Shown here: positions 18,133 through 27,398 of the stretch, piece by piece
Position numbering within the stretch: the stretch's first letter is position 1
How the letters are laid out: each line of letters begins with the position of its first letter
Origin: an uncultured Lentimicrobium sp.
GTDB taxonomy: Bacteria > Bacteroidota > Bacteroidia > Bacteroidales > Lentimicrobiaceae
Assembly (NCBI GenBank): GCA_964643225.1
Contig: CAZXQT010000003.1
Location: 45,504-109,503, forward strand
DNA: 64,000 bases
Direction: 5' to 3'
Position numbers and translations under genes: made by a program
Notes under the pieces: generated by a model
What the model was told of the DNA's origin: nothing
The model's input: only the letters and a program-made list of their open reading frames with translations
Databases searched by the model: none

Positions 18133-19188
18133 ATGAAGAATATTTTAATTACAGGAGGAGCCGGATTTATCGGATCGCATGTAGTACGATTGTTTGTTAA
18201 CAAGTACAAAGAGTACCGTATAGTAAATCTGGATAAGTTAACGTATGCCGGAAACCTGGCTAATCTTAAAGATGTTGAAAACAAAGACAATTACACCTTT
18301 GTAAGAGGTGACATAACCGATGCATCCTTTTTGGCACAATTGTTTGAGGAGTTCAGGTTTGAAGGAGTAATTCATCTGGCTGCGGAGTCGCATGTTGACA
18401 GGTCTATCAGTAATCCTATGGAATTTATTATGACCAATATTGTTGGCACAGTTAACCTGCTGAATGCTTCACTGGCTATATGGAAGAACAATTGCGAAGG
18501 CAAGCGTTTTTACCATATTTCTACGGATGAAGTATATGGCTCTTTAGGAGATGATGGAAAGTTCTTCGAAACAACCCCTTATGATCCACGCAGTCCTTAC
18601 TCTGCAAGTAAAGCGAGCAGTGATCATCTTGTAAGGGCATATTTTCATACTTATGGATTGCCGGTAATTGTTTCGAACTGCTCCAATAATTACGGTCCTT
18701 TCCAGTTTCCGGAGAAACTTATACCTTTATTCATTCATAACATCCGAAATAAGAAATCCCTGCCGGTTTATGGTAAAGGAGAGAACATACGTGACTGGTT
18801 ATATGTAGAGGATCATGCAAAGGCAATTGATCTGCTCTTCCATAAAGGCAAGATCGGTGAAACCTATAATATAGGCGGCAATAACGAATGGAAAAACATT
18901 GATTTGATCCATAAGCTTTGCGAGATTATGGATAAGCACTTAAACAGAAGGCCGGGTGAATCAGCCGAACTTATTACTTTCGTGAAAGACAGAGCTGGTC
19001 ACGACCTCCGGTATGCAATTGATGCCGGTAAAATACATAGTGAATTAGGCTGGGAACCTACTGTAAAATTTACAGAAGGATTTGAGAAGACCGTTGAATG
19101 GTATCTCCATAATGAAGCCTGGCTTGACAATGTAACTTCAGGTGAATACCAGAAATATTACCAGCAGCAGTATTTATTGCGCACTTAA
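18133..19188 (+). CDS. rfbB: dTDP-glucose 4,6-dehydratase
   Basis: GGAGFIGS, LDKLTYAGNL, HLAAESHVDRSI, ISTDEVYG, YSASKAS, DRAGHDLRYAID. Confidence 0.96.
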   Translation: MKNILITGGAGFIGSHVVRLFVNKYKEYRIVNLDKLTYAGNLANLKDVENKDNYTFVRGDITDASFLAQLFEEFRFEGVIHLAAESHVDRSISNPMEFIMTNIVGTVNLLNASLAIWKNNCEGKRFYHISTDEVYGSLGDDGKFFETTPYDPRSPYSASKASSDHLVRAYFHTYGLPVIVSNCSNNYGPFQFPEKLIPLFIHNIRNKKSLPVYGKGENIRDWLYVEDHAKAIDLLFHKGKIGETYNIGGNNEWKNIDLIHKLCEIMDKHLNRRPGESAELITFVKDRAGHDLRYAIDAGKIHSELGWEPTVKFTEGFEKTVEWYLHNEAWLDNVTSGEYQKYYQQQYLLRT

Positions 19189-20052
19189 AGCTTCCACAGC
19201 GGGGGCAATCTTCTTAACAAGTCCCTGCAATACGGTTCCGGGTCCTACTTCTACAAAGGCAGTTGCACCATCGGCTACCATATTCTGTACAGTCTGTGTC
19301 CAGCGAACAGGAGCAGTGAGTTGCTTAATCAGGTTTTCTTTTATGGTTGCAGCATCGGTAACAGGTAATGCGCTGACGTTTTGATAAACAGGGCATACCG
19401 GGTTATTGAAATGGGTATTGCCAATAGCCTCAGCAAGTTCAATACGGGCAGGTTCCATAAGGGGAGAGTGAAAAGCTCCGCCAACTTTTAACGGAAGTGC
19501 TCTTTTTGCACCGGCAGCTTTAAGTTTTTCACAACCGACCTCTATACCTTTCATAGAACCGGATATTACCAGCTGCCCGGGACTGTTATAATTTGCAGGA
19601 ACTACTATTTCGTCAATTTTACCAAGAACTTTCTCCACGGTTGTATCGTCAAGGCCAAGAATTGCAGCCATTGTGCTGGGTTCTGCTTCGCAGGCTTTTT
19701 GCATAGCCATTGCTCTGGCATAAACAAGTTTTAAACCATCTTCGAAACTTAATGCACCGGCAGCAACGAGAGCAGAGAATTCACCTAAAGAATGGCCGGC
19801 CGTCATATCGGGTTTAAACTGATCGCCAAGTGTTTTAGCAAGAATTACAGAATGAAGAAAAATGGCTGGCTGTGTAACTCTTGTTTGCCTCAGGTCTTCA
19901 TCTGTACCCGTAAACATCAGGTCGGTAATTCTGAAACCAAGAATGTCGTTTGCTTTTTCAAAAAGCCCGCGTGCAACTTCATTACTGTCATACAAATCTT
20001 TACCCATACCGGTAAACTGGGCACCTTGTCCCGGGAATACATATGCTTTCAT
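19174..20052 (-). CDS. fabD: Malonyl-CoA:ACP transacylase
   Basis: VFPGQGAQ, TQPAI, AGHSLGEFSAL, GAFHSPLM, EVGPG. Confidence 0.97.
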   Translation of the reverse strand: MKAYVFPGQGAQFTGMGKDLYDSNEVARGLFEKANDILGFRITDLMFTGTDEDLRQTRVTQPAIFLHSVILAKTLGDQFKPDMTAGHSLGEFSALVAAGALSFEDGLKLVYARAMAMQKACEAEPSTMAAILGLDDTTVEKVLGKIDEIVVPANYNSPGQLVISGSMKGIEVGCEKLKAAGAKRALPLKVGGAFHSPLMEPARIELAEAIGNTHFNNPVCPVYQNVSALPVTDAATIKENLIKQLTAPVRWTQTVQNMVADGATAFVEVGPGTVLQGLVKKIAPAVEALSAQ

Positions 20053-20078
20053 TCTGTGCGTTTTTATTTTTTGAAGTG

Positions 20079-20086
20079 CAAAGATA
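20079..20086 (-). promoter_or_regulatory. -7 box for fabD
   Basis: CAAAGATA on + strand = TATCTTTG on - strand, between the PLP gene end and the fabD start. Confidence 0.65.
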
Positions 20087-20093
20087 AAATATT

Positions 20094-21212
20094 TCAGAAT
20101 GTTCTTTCCCAGGCTGCCAGCGCTTCCGGCATATTTTCCCTGCCGAAGCCTACACGGAGGTATCCTGATTCGTATTCAAACATTTCGGATGGAATAAGCA
20201 TAATGCCGTATTGGCGAACTATGTAGTCCGTATATTCGAGTGTGTTGTTGAAATTGCCTGCGGCAGAAAGGTTGAGTTTAACGAATGCAGTTGATCCGGC
20301 TACAGGTTCTTTATATTCTGAGAAAATATTCCTGTTATGATTTACGAAATCGTTAAAGAGGTTTCTGTTCTTCCTGATTTTCCGAAGATTAACTTCTATG
20401 AACTGTTCACTGTTGTTAAGTGCAATCATGCTCAGTATCTCTGATGGTGCACTGTTGCATATGGTCAGGTAATCTTTCATTTGCTGCATTTTATGCAACA
20501 GCTGCAGGTTATGTGTCGCTACCCATCCAATGCGCAGACCTGCCAGCCCGAACGATTTTGCCATTCCCCATAGGGAGACCGCATTCTGGTAGATATCGCA
20601 CAGTGAATCATTCATTAATGCAGGATTATCAATCAGTTTGTGGTACATTTCATCGGCAAAGACCAAAGTATTAAAACGTGAAGCGATGCGAACAACTTCG
20701 TTCAACTCATCCCGTGAAGGATAATACCCTGTTGGGTTATGTGGAAAATTAACGATGAGCAGCCGGGTTTTTTCGGTTACCAGCTCTGCAAGTTCTCCTG
20801 TATCGTAGTTTCCATTTGAGGATGGTTGCCACCATTTAATTTTGCAGCCGATTGATTTTGCAACCTGATACAATGACTGGTACGAAGGTTTCATGCAAAC
20901 AACCTCATCGCCGGGATGCAAAACCAGGTGCATGAGAATATAATTTGCTTCGCCCGGTGATAAAACGAAAACGTTTTCCCGTTTTATTGTGTTATAGTGT
21001 GCTGCAATTGCATCGCGTAATATGGGGTGCCCCAATGATTCTGTATATCCCAGAGTGAGGTTGCGCCATAGCTGGTCTTCCCCGTGCTCAGCACAGGAAA
21101 GCACGTACTGCATACTAAACCCATCGCAGTCGGAACTTGAAAGCAGGTATTTTGCCTGAAATTCATACTGAGCAAAATACCTTTCCAGCTTAAAAGGTTC
21201 CATCTCAACCAT
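20094..21212 (-). CDS. Class I/II-fold PLP-dependent enzyme (capreomycidine synthase/VioD-like subgroup)
   Basis: LGYTESLG, VNFPHNPTG, VFADEMY, GMAKSFGLAGLRIGW (PLP Lys). ATG overlaps the folE stop (TAATG). Confidence 0.85.
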   Translation of the reverse strand: MVEMEPFKLERYFAQYEFQAKYLLSSSDCDGFSMQYVLSCAEHGEDQLWRNLTLGYTESLGHPILRDAIAAHYNTIKRENVFVLSPGEANYILMHLVLHPGDEVVCMKPSYQSLYQVAKSIGCKIKWWQPSSNGNYDTGELAELVTEKTRLLIVNFPHNPTGYYPSRDELNEVVRIASRFNTLVFADEMYHKLIDNPALMNDSLCDIYQNAVSLWGMAKSFGLAGLRIGWVATHNLQLLHKMQQMKDYLTICNSAPSEILSMIALNNSEQFIEVNLRKIRKNRNLFNDFVNHNRNIFSEYKEPVAGSTAFVKLNLSAAGNFNNTLEYTDYIVRQYGIMLIPSEMFEYESGYLRVGFGRENMPEALAAWERTF

Positions 21213-21901
21213 TAGTGCAGTCTTGATCCTATAAGATGAATGAATTCAGCTCTGGTTTTATCAACAAGAAAAGCGCCTGTGAAATCGGAAGTGGTTGTAA
21301 CGGAGTTCTGTTTCTGAATTCCACGCATACTCATGCACATATGCTGAGCCTCAATTACTACCGCAACACCAAGAGGCTTAAGTGTATTTTGAATTGCTTC
21401 TTTAATTTGTGTTGTAAGGCGTTCCTGAACCTGCAGCCGGCGCGCAAAGGCATCCACGATACGTGGAATTTTGCTGAGCCCAACGATGTAACCATTCGGA
21501 ATGTAGGCAACATGTGCTTTACCAAAGAATGGTATCATGTGGTGTTCGCACATCGAGTATATTTCAATATCTTTCACTAGAACCATTTGGCGGTAATCTT
21601 CGCGGAACATTGCCGACCGCAATATTTCTTCGGGATTAAGGTCGTACCCGTGTGTAAGAAACTGCATGGCTTTGGCGACCCTTTCAGGTGTTTTGGTTAA
21701 ACCTTCCCGGGTTGGGTCTTCGCCTATAAGTTTTAAAATTTCACGGTAATGATTGCCAAGTTTGGTTATGGTTTTAGGATTGTAGGTATCGCGACGGTGA
21801 TAGCCAACTTCCATGGAGTAATCATCCATCATATTTTCGATAACCATATCTTCGATACCATCCTTGAGCATTTCTTTTTCCATTTCTTCTTTTTTTTTCA
21901 T
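21212..21901 (-). CDS. folE: GTP cyclohydrolase I
   Basis: [50 protein letters not shown]. Start uncertain because several Met lie in the N-terminal extension. Confidence 0.96.
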   Translation of the reverse strand: MKKKEEMEKEMLKDGIEDMVIENMMDDYSMEVGYHRRDTYNPKTITKLGNHYREILKLIGEDPTREGLTKTPERVAKAMQFLTHGYDLNPEEILRSAMFREDYRQMVLVKDIEIYSMCEHHMIPFFGKAHVAYIPNGYIVGLSKIPRIVDAFARRLQVQERLTTQIKEAIQNTLKPLGVAVVIEAQHMCMSMRGIQKQNSVTTTSDFTGAFLVDKTRAEFIHLIGSRLH

Positions 21902-22314
21902 CACTTTCCGTAGTACTCTACAAAGTTTTTTTCTGTTTCATATAACCTGATGCGGTGCAATTCTGCTCCGTGATCATTTATCGGAACTTCGAGCTCCTTC
22001 CATATCTGAATGGCAATATTTTCTGCTGAGGGAATAATGCCCCTCATAAAGTCAACTTCTAAATTCAGGTTTTTATGATCTACTTTTTGAATTACTTTAT
22101 CGTTTATGATCTGGCTCAGAGTTTTTAAATTAATCAGGAAACCGGTTTCGGGGTTAACCTCTCCTTTAATAGTAACATACAACAGATAGTTATGCCCGTG
22201 CCAGTTTGGATTAGAGCATTTGCCAAAGATTTCCAGATTTTGTTCATCTGTTAAATCAGGGCGGAATAAACGGTGAGCTGCATTAAAATGTTCAAGGCGG
22301 GTGATAGAGATCAT
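21901..22314 (-). CDS. 6-pyruvoyl-tetrahydropterin synthase family (CX5HGH, PTPS-II-type motif)
   Basis: [38 protein letters not shown]. Confidence 0.9.
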   Translation of the reverse strand: MISITRLEHFNAAHRLFRPDLTDEQNLEIFGKCSNPNWHGHNYLLYVTIKGEVNPETGFLINLKTLSQIINDKVIQKVDHKNLNLEVDFMRGIIPSAENIAIQIWKELEVPINDHGAELHRIRLYETEKNFVEYYGK

Positions 22315-22323
22315 TATCAAAAA

Positions 22324-22716
22324 TTATTTTCGGGTTAAGCGTTTGTTGTGGTTTACCAGTTCAATTACTTCATAAACAGTAAAAATGAGGTAAAGTATAA
22401 AGAAACTTACAATAAAGTTAACTGCATCGTGAAGGTTATTTAATGCATATACCATTAATATGGCGATGTAGAGCAGCAGTTTAACAGTAGTGCTCGCCAT
22501 ATAGACATTTATAAATTTACCGGGGGCTGCAGTTGTCTTCTTTTGGATGTACATAAAAGAGATCAGGGTGGCAGCCACATGGAAAATTAACAAATATGGC
22601 AGGGCTGGAGTAATTTTTTCAGGAGGCAAAGCATACAATACTGCAATGATTATGATGCCAACGATACTGGCAAGTATGAGCAGCTTTTTGAGGAATTTTC
22701 GTAATTCAGGGTTCAT
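22324..22716 (-). CDS. Four-TM membrane protein, AtpI-like
   Basis: 130 aa with four hydrophobic helices; FINVYMASTTVKLLL and FFILYLIFTVYEV pattern; directly downstream of an AtpZ-like gene. Confidence 0.6.
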   Translation of the reverse strand: MNPELRKFLKKLLILASIVGIIIIAVLYALPPEKITPALPYLLIFHVAATLISFMYIQKKTTAAPGKFINVYMASTTVKLLLYIAILMVYALNNLHDAVNFIVSFFILYLIFTVYEVIELVNHNKRLTRK

Positions 22717-22768
22717 AAAAAGGATAGCTGATTAACACATCGAAAGTAGTTAAATAAACGACAAGGTA

Positions 22769-22990
22769 CTACTTGCTTTTGCCGGAGTTATTAAATTCTT
22801 TTATGAACAGCCAGATTGCAAGGAAAACGGAGCCCAGTGAAAGAATAACGGTAAAAGCAGGAAATGGAAGGTGTAGCCATTGATCGGCTTTATATCCGCC
22901 AAAACTCCCACCTGCAATGATAAAAATCATCTGTGCAGCCATGCCCGAATACCGGGCGTAGGGATTTATCGGATTCTGGTCATTTTTCAA
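22769..22990 (-). CDS. AtpZ/AtpI family small membrane protein
   Basis: YARYSGMAAQM..II..G.FGG.K.DQWL....P.FT..L.L..V.LA. Probable TTG start at 22990 overlaps the bactofilin stop (TTGA). Confidence 0.75.
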   Translation of the reverse strand: MKNDQNPINPYARYSGMAAQMIFIIAGGSFGGYKADQWLHLPFPAFTVILSLGSVFLAIWLFIKEFNNSGKSK

Positions 22991-23385
22991 GATTCTGTAG
23001 CAGTTTCTACAGCAAAAACAGGACTGGCACCTTCGGTGGGTGTACCGTCCATTCTGCACATTCCTGTAAATCGTGCTCCTGGTTCAATAGCAAGTTTTGA
23101 TACTTGTATGTCGCCGGTTATAACTGCGGTTGCTTTGAGTGAAAGCAATTCTCTTACCCTGATAATACCGTTAACACGTCCTTCGATGTCGGCATTGATG
23201 CAGTTTATTTCACCTTCAACAGTGCCGGTTGAACCTAAGATTACTTTACCTCCTGCTGTAATGGTTCCTGTAAGAGTGCCATCAATCCGGATGTTGCCGT
23301 TTGATTCAATGTCGCCGGTAATGACAGTTCCCGACTGTATTAAATTAGCTGATGGCGGTGCCTCTGGAATTGTATTTTTGCCCAT
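22987..23385 (-). CDS. Bactofilin (polymer-forming cytoskeletal protein)
   Basis: NLIQSGTVITGDIESNGNIRIDGTLTG...G.VEGEI.C..A.I.G.V.G...GDI....L.IEPGARFTG.C.M. Start ATG 23385. Confidence 0.92.
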   Translation of the reverse strand: MGKNTIPEAPPSANLIQSGTVITGDIESNGNIRIDGTLTGTITAGGKVILGSTGTVEGEINCINADIEGRVNGIIRVRELLSLKATAVITGDIQVSKLAIEPGARFTGMCRMDGTPTEGASPVFAVETATES

Positions 23386-23404
23386 TTCAATAAAATGTTG
23401 GTTT

Positions 23405-26107
23405 TTATTTCTTATTCTGGTAATTCTGTTCGAAGAAACGCAGATATGGGGGAGTTTTTTTCTCTCGGAAGAATATTGGATAATTGGTTGATGAGATAAC
23501 AAACTGCTCATAGCTTCCATCAGGCATTCCTGAAAAGATATATCCATCGCCCGAGACATGACTGAAGTATTTCATAACATCTTCGCTGTTATCGAAAGTG
23601 CTTACGGTGATCATTTGCCTGTTTTCATCCACAACTACGCTGTTAACCTGCAGATTTTTAGGTAAATAGTTCTTTGAATTAAAGTCAGTAATTCTAACCT
23701 TTGTACCGTAAACATTAACAGCTTTACTATCAACAATGAGCACATAAAAGTGGCTGGTTTGCGGATCAAAAGAATACATGGAAATATCAACCGGAGTATT
23801 TGCATCTCCTGTTTTTCCTTCTTTAGGCATATCGCCGGATGCTGAATTGTTTGTGCCTGCAGAAGTGCCTGAAGGGCCAATCAGTAAGTTTGCGTATGGA
23901 ATTACAGAAGATCCAGGATATTTGCGCACAAGCTGGGCCAACTCGATTTTCATGGTATCGGCATTAAAAGTTTTGCCTACCGCCAGAGCTTTAAGGTAGG
24001 CGAACCTAGGTGCCAGCTCGTGATCAGGATAATTATTGAGTGCGTCGTTACTGTATATGATGACAGTTCTGTAGAGTCCTGATTCAAATGCACCGTATGT
24101 TTCATCGTACATTGTTCTTACGCGGTTACTTATAGCTTCGAGCTCAGCTTTATAGCCGGGGTCAAGTAATATTTTGGCATAATCACTTTCAGGATACTGC
24201 CTGATAATCTCGTTCTGATGTGCAAGCATCTGAGCGGAATCTCCCTGATCACGATTTATACGGTAAAGATGATAATGAGCCTGAAGTACACTGGAGTCGG
24301 ATGGGAACCGGCTGATAAGTGTTTCGAATGTTTTTTCGGCTTCAGCCGGATCAAAGAGTTCCTCAAGATAAATTATACCGGCATTAAACAGGGCAGTAGC
24401 TATTTGCTGATTGCTAACAGCGATCTTTTCAGGGGTTAACGGCAAATTGACAAGGTATGCCTCTCTGCTTCGCAAGTCACTGGCAACGCTACCTTTGGCT
24501 CCAGCAGTGGTATCGCCGTCCGCTCCGGCTCCTGTTTCAGCGATCTGATCCCAGTTCATAACACGTTTATTGCTCAGACGCCAGTTGTCCTCAAGGCGAC
24601 GACGTCCCCATTTACGTGTAAACTCTGAGTATCCCATGCCTATTGCAGAAGGGTTATAAAAATACCATCCGCCACCACCAACGGTTGTCTGCCCTTCCAT
24701 ATCGGTAAGTCGTTTACCGCCAAGAGCAATGCCAGCCTCCATAGCAAGACGCTCTTCCTCTTCACGGGCTTTTGCTTCTTCTTCTCTTTGGATGTATTGA
24801 GCTATAGCTTTATCAATCACGGCAAAACGTTCGGCTTCAGGCATACCTGCAAGGTTCTGCAAGCTGTCTTCTACCTGCACAATCTGGAGGTTTTGCACTA
24901 AGCGTGTAACTATTTCTGTTCTTTCACTGATCTTTTGGTAGTTGGGGTATTCTTTGGGCAAATAGCTTAAAGCAGTATCGTAATATACCTGAGCAAAGCT
25001 GTATTGCTGATCCTTGAAGTAAATGTCAGCAAGTCTTAATGCTGAAGTTGATTTTTGAAAGTCATTCTGAACACTCGCAGCTACCGATTTACGCAGGTAA
25101 CTTAAGCCGAGGGTGTCATTTTTTTCCTTAAATGCTATATCGGCAAGAGCATAATAGATCTGGTCCTGGAAATCCCGGTTCTTAACTTCTTTAAGCATTT
25201 TTTCCAGCTCGTTAACTATGAGCTTGCGGTCACTGCGGCCGGCATCGTATACTCTAGCCAGATTAATTCGGGCATTAAAAGCCATTTCGAAGCTAGGTGT
25301 GCCTTTTAGGGCAAGTGTGAAATACTCGGTAGCCTGGCTGTCGTTGCCCTCCAGCTGATAGATCTGACCAAGAATAAAATTAAGTCTGGTTTTAAGTTTA
25401 GGATTGCTCTGTAATGGCAGTCCGGCTTCAATTTTTTCGCGGGCTTCCTTAAACTTTCCCTGGGCAATATACATATCAGCCCATGCCAGAGGAAATGCCT
25501 TACGAACACTCCATGGCAGGAGCGTAGTTTTTGAGTCGGTATCTATCTGGTCGAACAGGGTGATTGCCTTTTCATACTGCTGCAGCTTGTGAAATGTACG
25601 TGCACTCCAGAGCAGTGCCTGGTATTTGTAATAGGGATCGTATGCATAGCGGTCGGCAACAAACTGAAAAGCCCTGCGTGCAGCATTGAAATCCTGCTTA
25701 TAGTAGTTGGCTTTACCAATCATCATGTAGCTTTCAATAACCCATTTAACATACTCGCGATTGTCGAAGTACATGGAGTGCTTTTGGATAACCTTTGAGG
25801 CTTTTTCAATAGCCCTGTCCATATTAGGATTGATGGTTTGAGCCACATTCTGTGAGCCATAATTGTATACCGGCAATACCGTTATATAATTGTCTTTAGC
25901 CTGTTTGCTCAGTTCAAAAACGCCCTGTTTGAGTGATTCGTTCCCATTCCACCATGGATTATAATGGGCTGTAAGGTTATGATAAACTCTTCTTGTGAAT
26001 GTATTCTTCTTTGTAGAACAGGCAGTAATAAGCACAGACACAAAGGCCAGTAGCAAAAAGAGACGGAATGTTCGGAAATAAGCAGTCAATGATCCTGTGG
26101 TTTTCAA
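23405..26107 (-). CDS. sprE: T9SS periplasmic TPR lipoprotein SprE/PorW
   Basis: Lipobox LITA-C; CSTKKNTFTRRVYHNLTAHYN; multiple TPRs; WGRRRLEDNWRLS. Confidence 0.85.
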   Translation of the reverse strand: MKTTGSLTAYFRTFRLFLLLAFVSVLITACSTKKNTFTRRVYHNLTAHYNPWWNGNESLKQGVFELSKQAKDNYITVLPVYNYGSQNVAQTINPNMDRAIEKASKVIQKHSMYFDNREYVKWVIESYMMIGKANYYKQDFNAARRAFQFVADRYAYDPYYKYQALLWSARTFHKLQQYEKAITLFDQIDTDSKTTLLPWSVRKAFPLAWADMYIAQGKFKEAREKIEAGLPLQSNPKLKTRLNFILGQIYQLEGNDSQATEYFTLALKGTPSFEMAFNARINLARVYDAGRSDRKLIVNELEKMLKEVKNRDFQDQIYYALADIAFKEKNDTLGLSYLRKSVAASVQNDFQKSTSALRLADIYFKDQQYSFAQVYYDTALSYLPKEYPNYQKISERTEIVTRLVQNLQIVQVEDSLQNLAGMPEAERFAVIDKAIAQYIQREEEAKAREEEERLAMEAGIALGGKRLTDMEGQTTVGGGGWYFYNPSAIGMGYSEFTRKWGRRRLEDNWRLSNKRVMNWDQIAETGAGADGDTTAGAKGSVASDLRSREAYLVNLPLTPEKIAVSNQQIATALFNAGIIYLEELFDPAEAEKTFETLISRFPSDSSVLQAHYHLYRINRDQGDSAQMLAHQNEIIRQYPESDYAKILLDPGYKAELEAISNRVRTMYDETYGAFESGLYRTVIIYSNDALNNYPDHELAPRFAYLKALAVGKTFNADTMKIELAQLVRKYPGSSVIPYANLLIGPSGTSAGTNNSASGDMPKEGKTGDANTPVDISMYSFDPQTSHFYVLIVDSKAVNVYGTKVRITDFNSKNYLPKNLQVNSVVVDENRQMITVSTFDNSEDVMKYFSHVSGDGYIFSGMPDGSYEQFVISSTNYPIFFREKKTPPYLRFFEQNYQNKK

Positions 26108-26111
26108 ATTC

Positions 26112-27308
26112 TTACCTAATAACTCTTAATCTGCAAAAATATTTTATTTTTCTGAAAAGCAGCTCAGAAACTTTGTGTTGATCACGAAGATCCATCAGCG
26201 GTTTTTCGTAGTATTTATATAACAAAGTAGAAAATACAATTACTGCTAACCAGTATACCGCATACATAATGTATGCTTCGGTAGCGTTTTGAGGTGGGAA
26301 GTTGTCGCGTATTACTTCTGATACCAGGGCCAGGTTAATTAAATACATAGAGTACGAAATTAGACTGATATGGGTAAAAATCCTGCTTATCCAGAGTGGA
26401 GCCGCTTTAATGCTATCAAAGAGGGGTAACAATAAAAAGCATCCAAAACTCAGGTAAAATATTTTAAATACTTTAGTCTCAAAAGCATTGGCAGGCCAGT
26501 CACTGTATAATACCCAGTAGCTAATAATTATACCGGCAATAAAGGCCGGGTATTTCATTTTACTCCATACAACAGGGCTGGTGAATTTAATTAGTGCGGC
26601 AAGCAGTCCAAGAGCAATGCCATCCAGCCGGAAAATTACCACCTTATATAATTTAACCGATAGCCAGAAATCATCTAATTTAAATTCTGACGCATAAAAG
26701 TATCTCAGCAACAGGGGAACAAAAAGAAAAAGCATTACAGCAAGGAAGAAGGTACGTAATTTAATCGCCTTATGCTGATGGCCGGAAAACGGAATAAACA
26801 GAAGCACCAGCATAACCGGGAAAAGCAGGTAGAACCATTCTTCGATGGTTAAACTCCACGATTCCCAGAAGAAACCATGTAACGGACCGGAGAAGTTTTG
26901 CAGGAAGAAAAAAAACTTCCAGTTAAACTGACTGAAGTCTTCTTTAATTATTCCGAAATAAACGAAAATAATATTAAGTACAAGGACGAGATAATAGTTA
27001 GGAAGTGTTCGGAACCAGCGTCTTATCCAAAAATTACCAAGAAAGGAAAGCCCGGGCTTTCCTTCTTTAAGGAAACCTTTGATTAGAATGCCTCCGATCA
27101 GAAACCCACTGAGAACAAAAAATAGCTCTACACCATCGATTAATTTGATAAATGGGAAGCCGGTGTTTGCTTTTTCAAGCATGCTGCCATGTCCGATTAC
27201 CACAAAAATAATTGCAAGTGCACGCATCAAATCCAACCCAAATACTCTTGACTTATAATCGGGATAGAGCCTGAACATATTAAATGCTTTGCTTAGCGGT
27301 GTTTTCAT
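26112..27308 (-). CDS. Acyltransferase family 3 (OafA-like O-acyltransferase)
   Basis: GLDLMRALA, GVELFFVLSGFLIG, RRWFRTLP, WSLTIEEWFY, YSMYL, YEKP. Confidence 0.9.
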   Translation of the reverse strand: MKTPLSKAFNMFRLYPDYKSRVFGLDLMRALAIIFVVIGHGSMLEKANTGFPFIKLIDGVELFFVLSGFLIGGILIKGFLKEGKPGLSFLGNFWIRRWFRTLPNYYLVLVLNIIFVYFGIIKEDFSQFNWKFFFFLQNFSGPLHGFFWESWSLTIEEWFYLLFPVMLVLLFIPFSGHQHKAIKLRTFFLAVMLFLFVPLLLRYFYASEFKLDDFWLSVKLYKVVIFRLDGIALGLLAALIKFTSPVVWSKMKYPAFIAGIIISYWVLYSDWPANAFETKVFKIFYLSFGCFLLLPLFDSIKAAPLWISRIFTHISLISYSMYLINLALVSEVIRDNFPPQNATEAYIMYAVYWLAVIVFSTLLYKYYEKPLMDLRDQHKVSELLFRKIKYFCRLRVIR

Positions 27309-27315
27309 CGGGTTT

Positions 27316-27341
27316 CAAAGATAAGAGTTTTTGTACCTTTG
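27316..27341. promoter_or_regulatory. Back-to-back divergent -7 boxes (acyltransferase-sprE run and P-type ATPase)
   Basis: CAAAGATA at 27316-27323 (TATCTTTG on - strand) and TACCTTTG at 27334-27341 (+ strand). Confidence 0.65.
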
Positions 27342-27398
27342 ACATGGCTTGAAAAAGTGCAATAACAAATAATCAGAAATCAATGTTAAATAAGCACA

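Noticed and set aside
22880-23491. 203-aa + strand ORF; similar long ORFs at 30334-30936 (-), 51798-52424 (+), 62441-63061 (-), 17032-17493 (-) and 28701-29174 (-)
   Set aside because: All lie antisense to well-supported genes and have no recognisable motifs; they are shadow ORFs.
23385-23559. Apparent N-terminal extensions in the ORF track (bactofilin, kdtA, gldL, sigma54 activator, nucleotidase, HMGR, M1 peptidase)
   Set aside because: These come from choosing the most upstream start codon; downstream ATGs fit family N-termini, signal peptides and promoter positions better.
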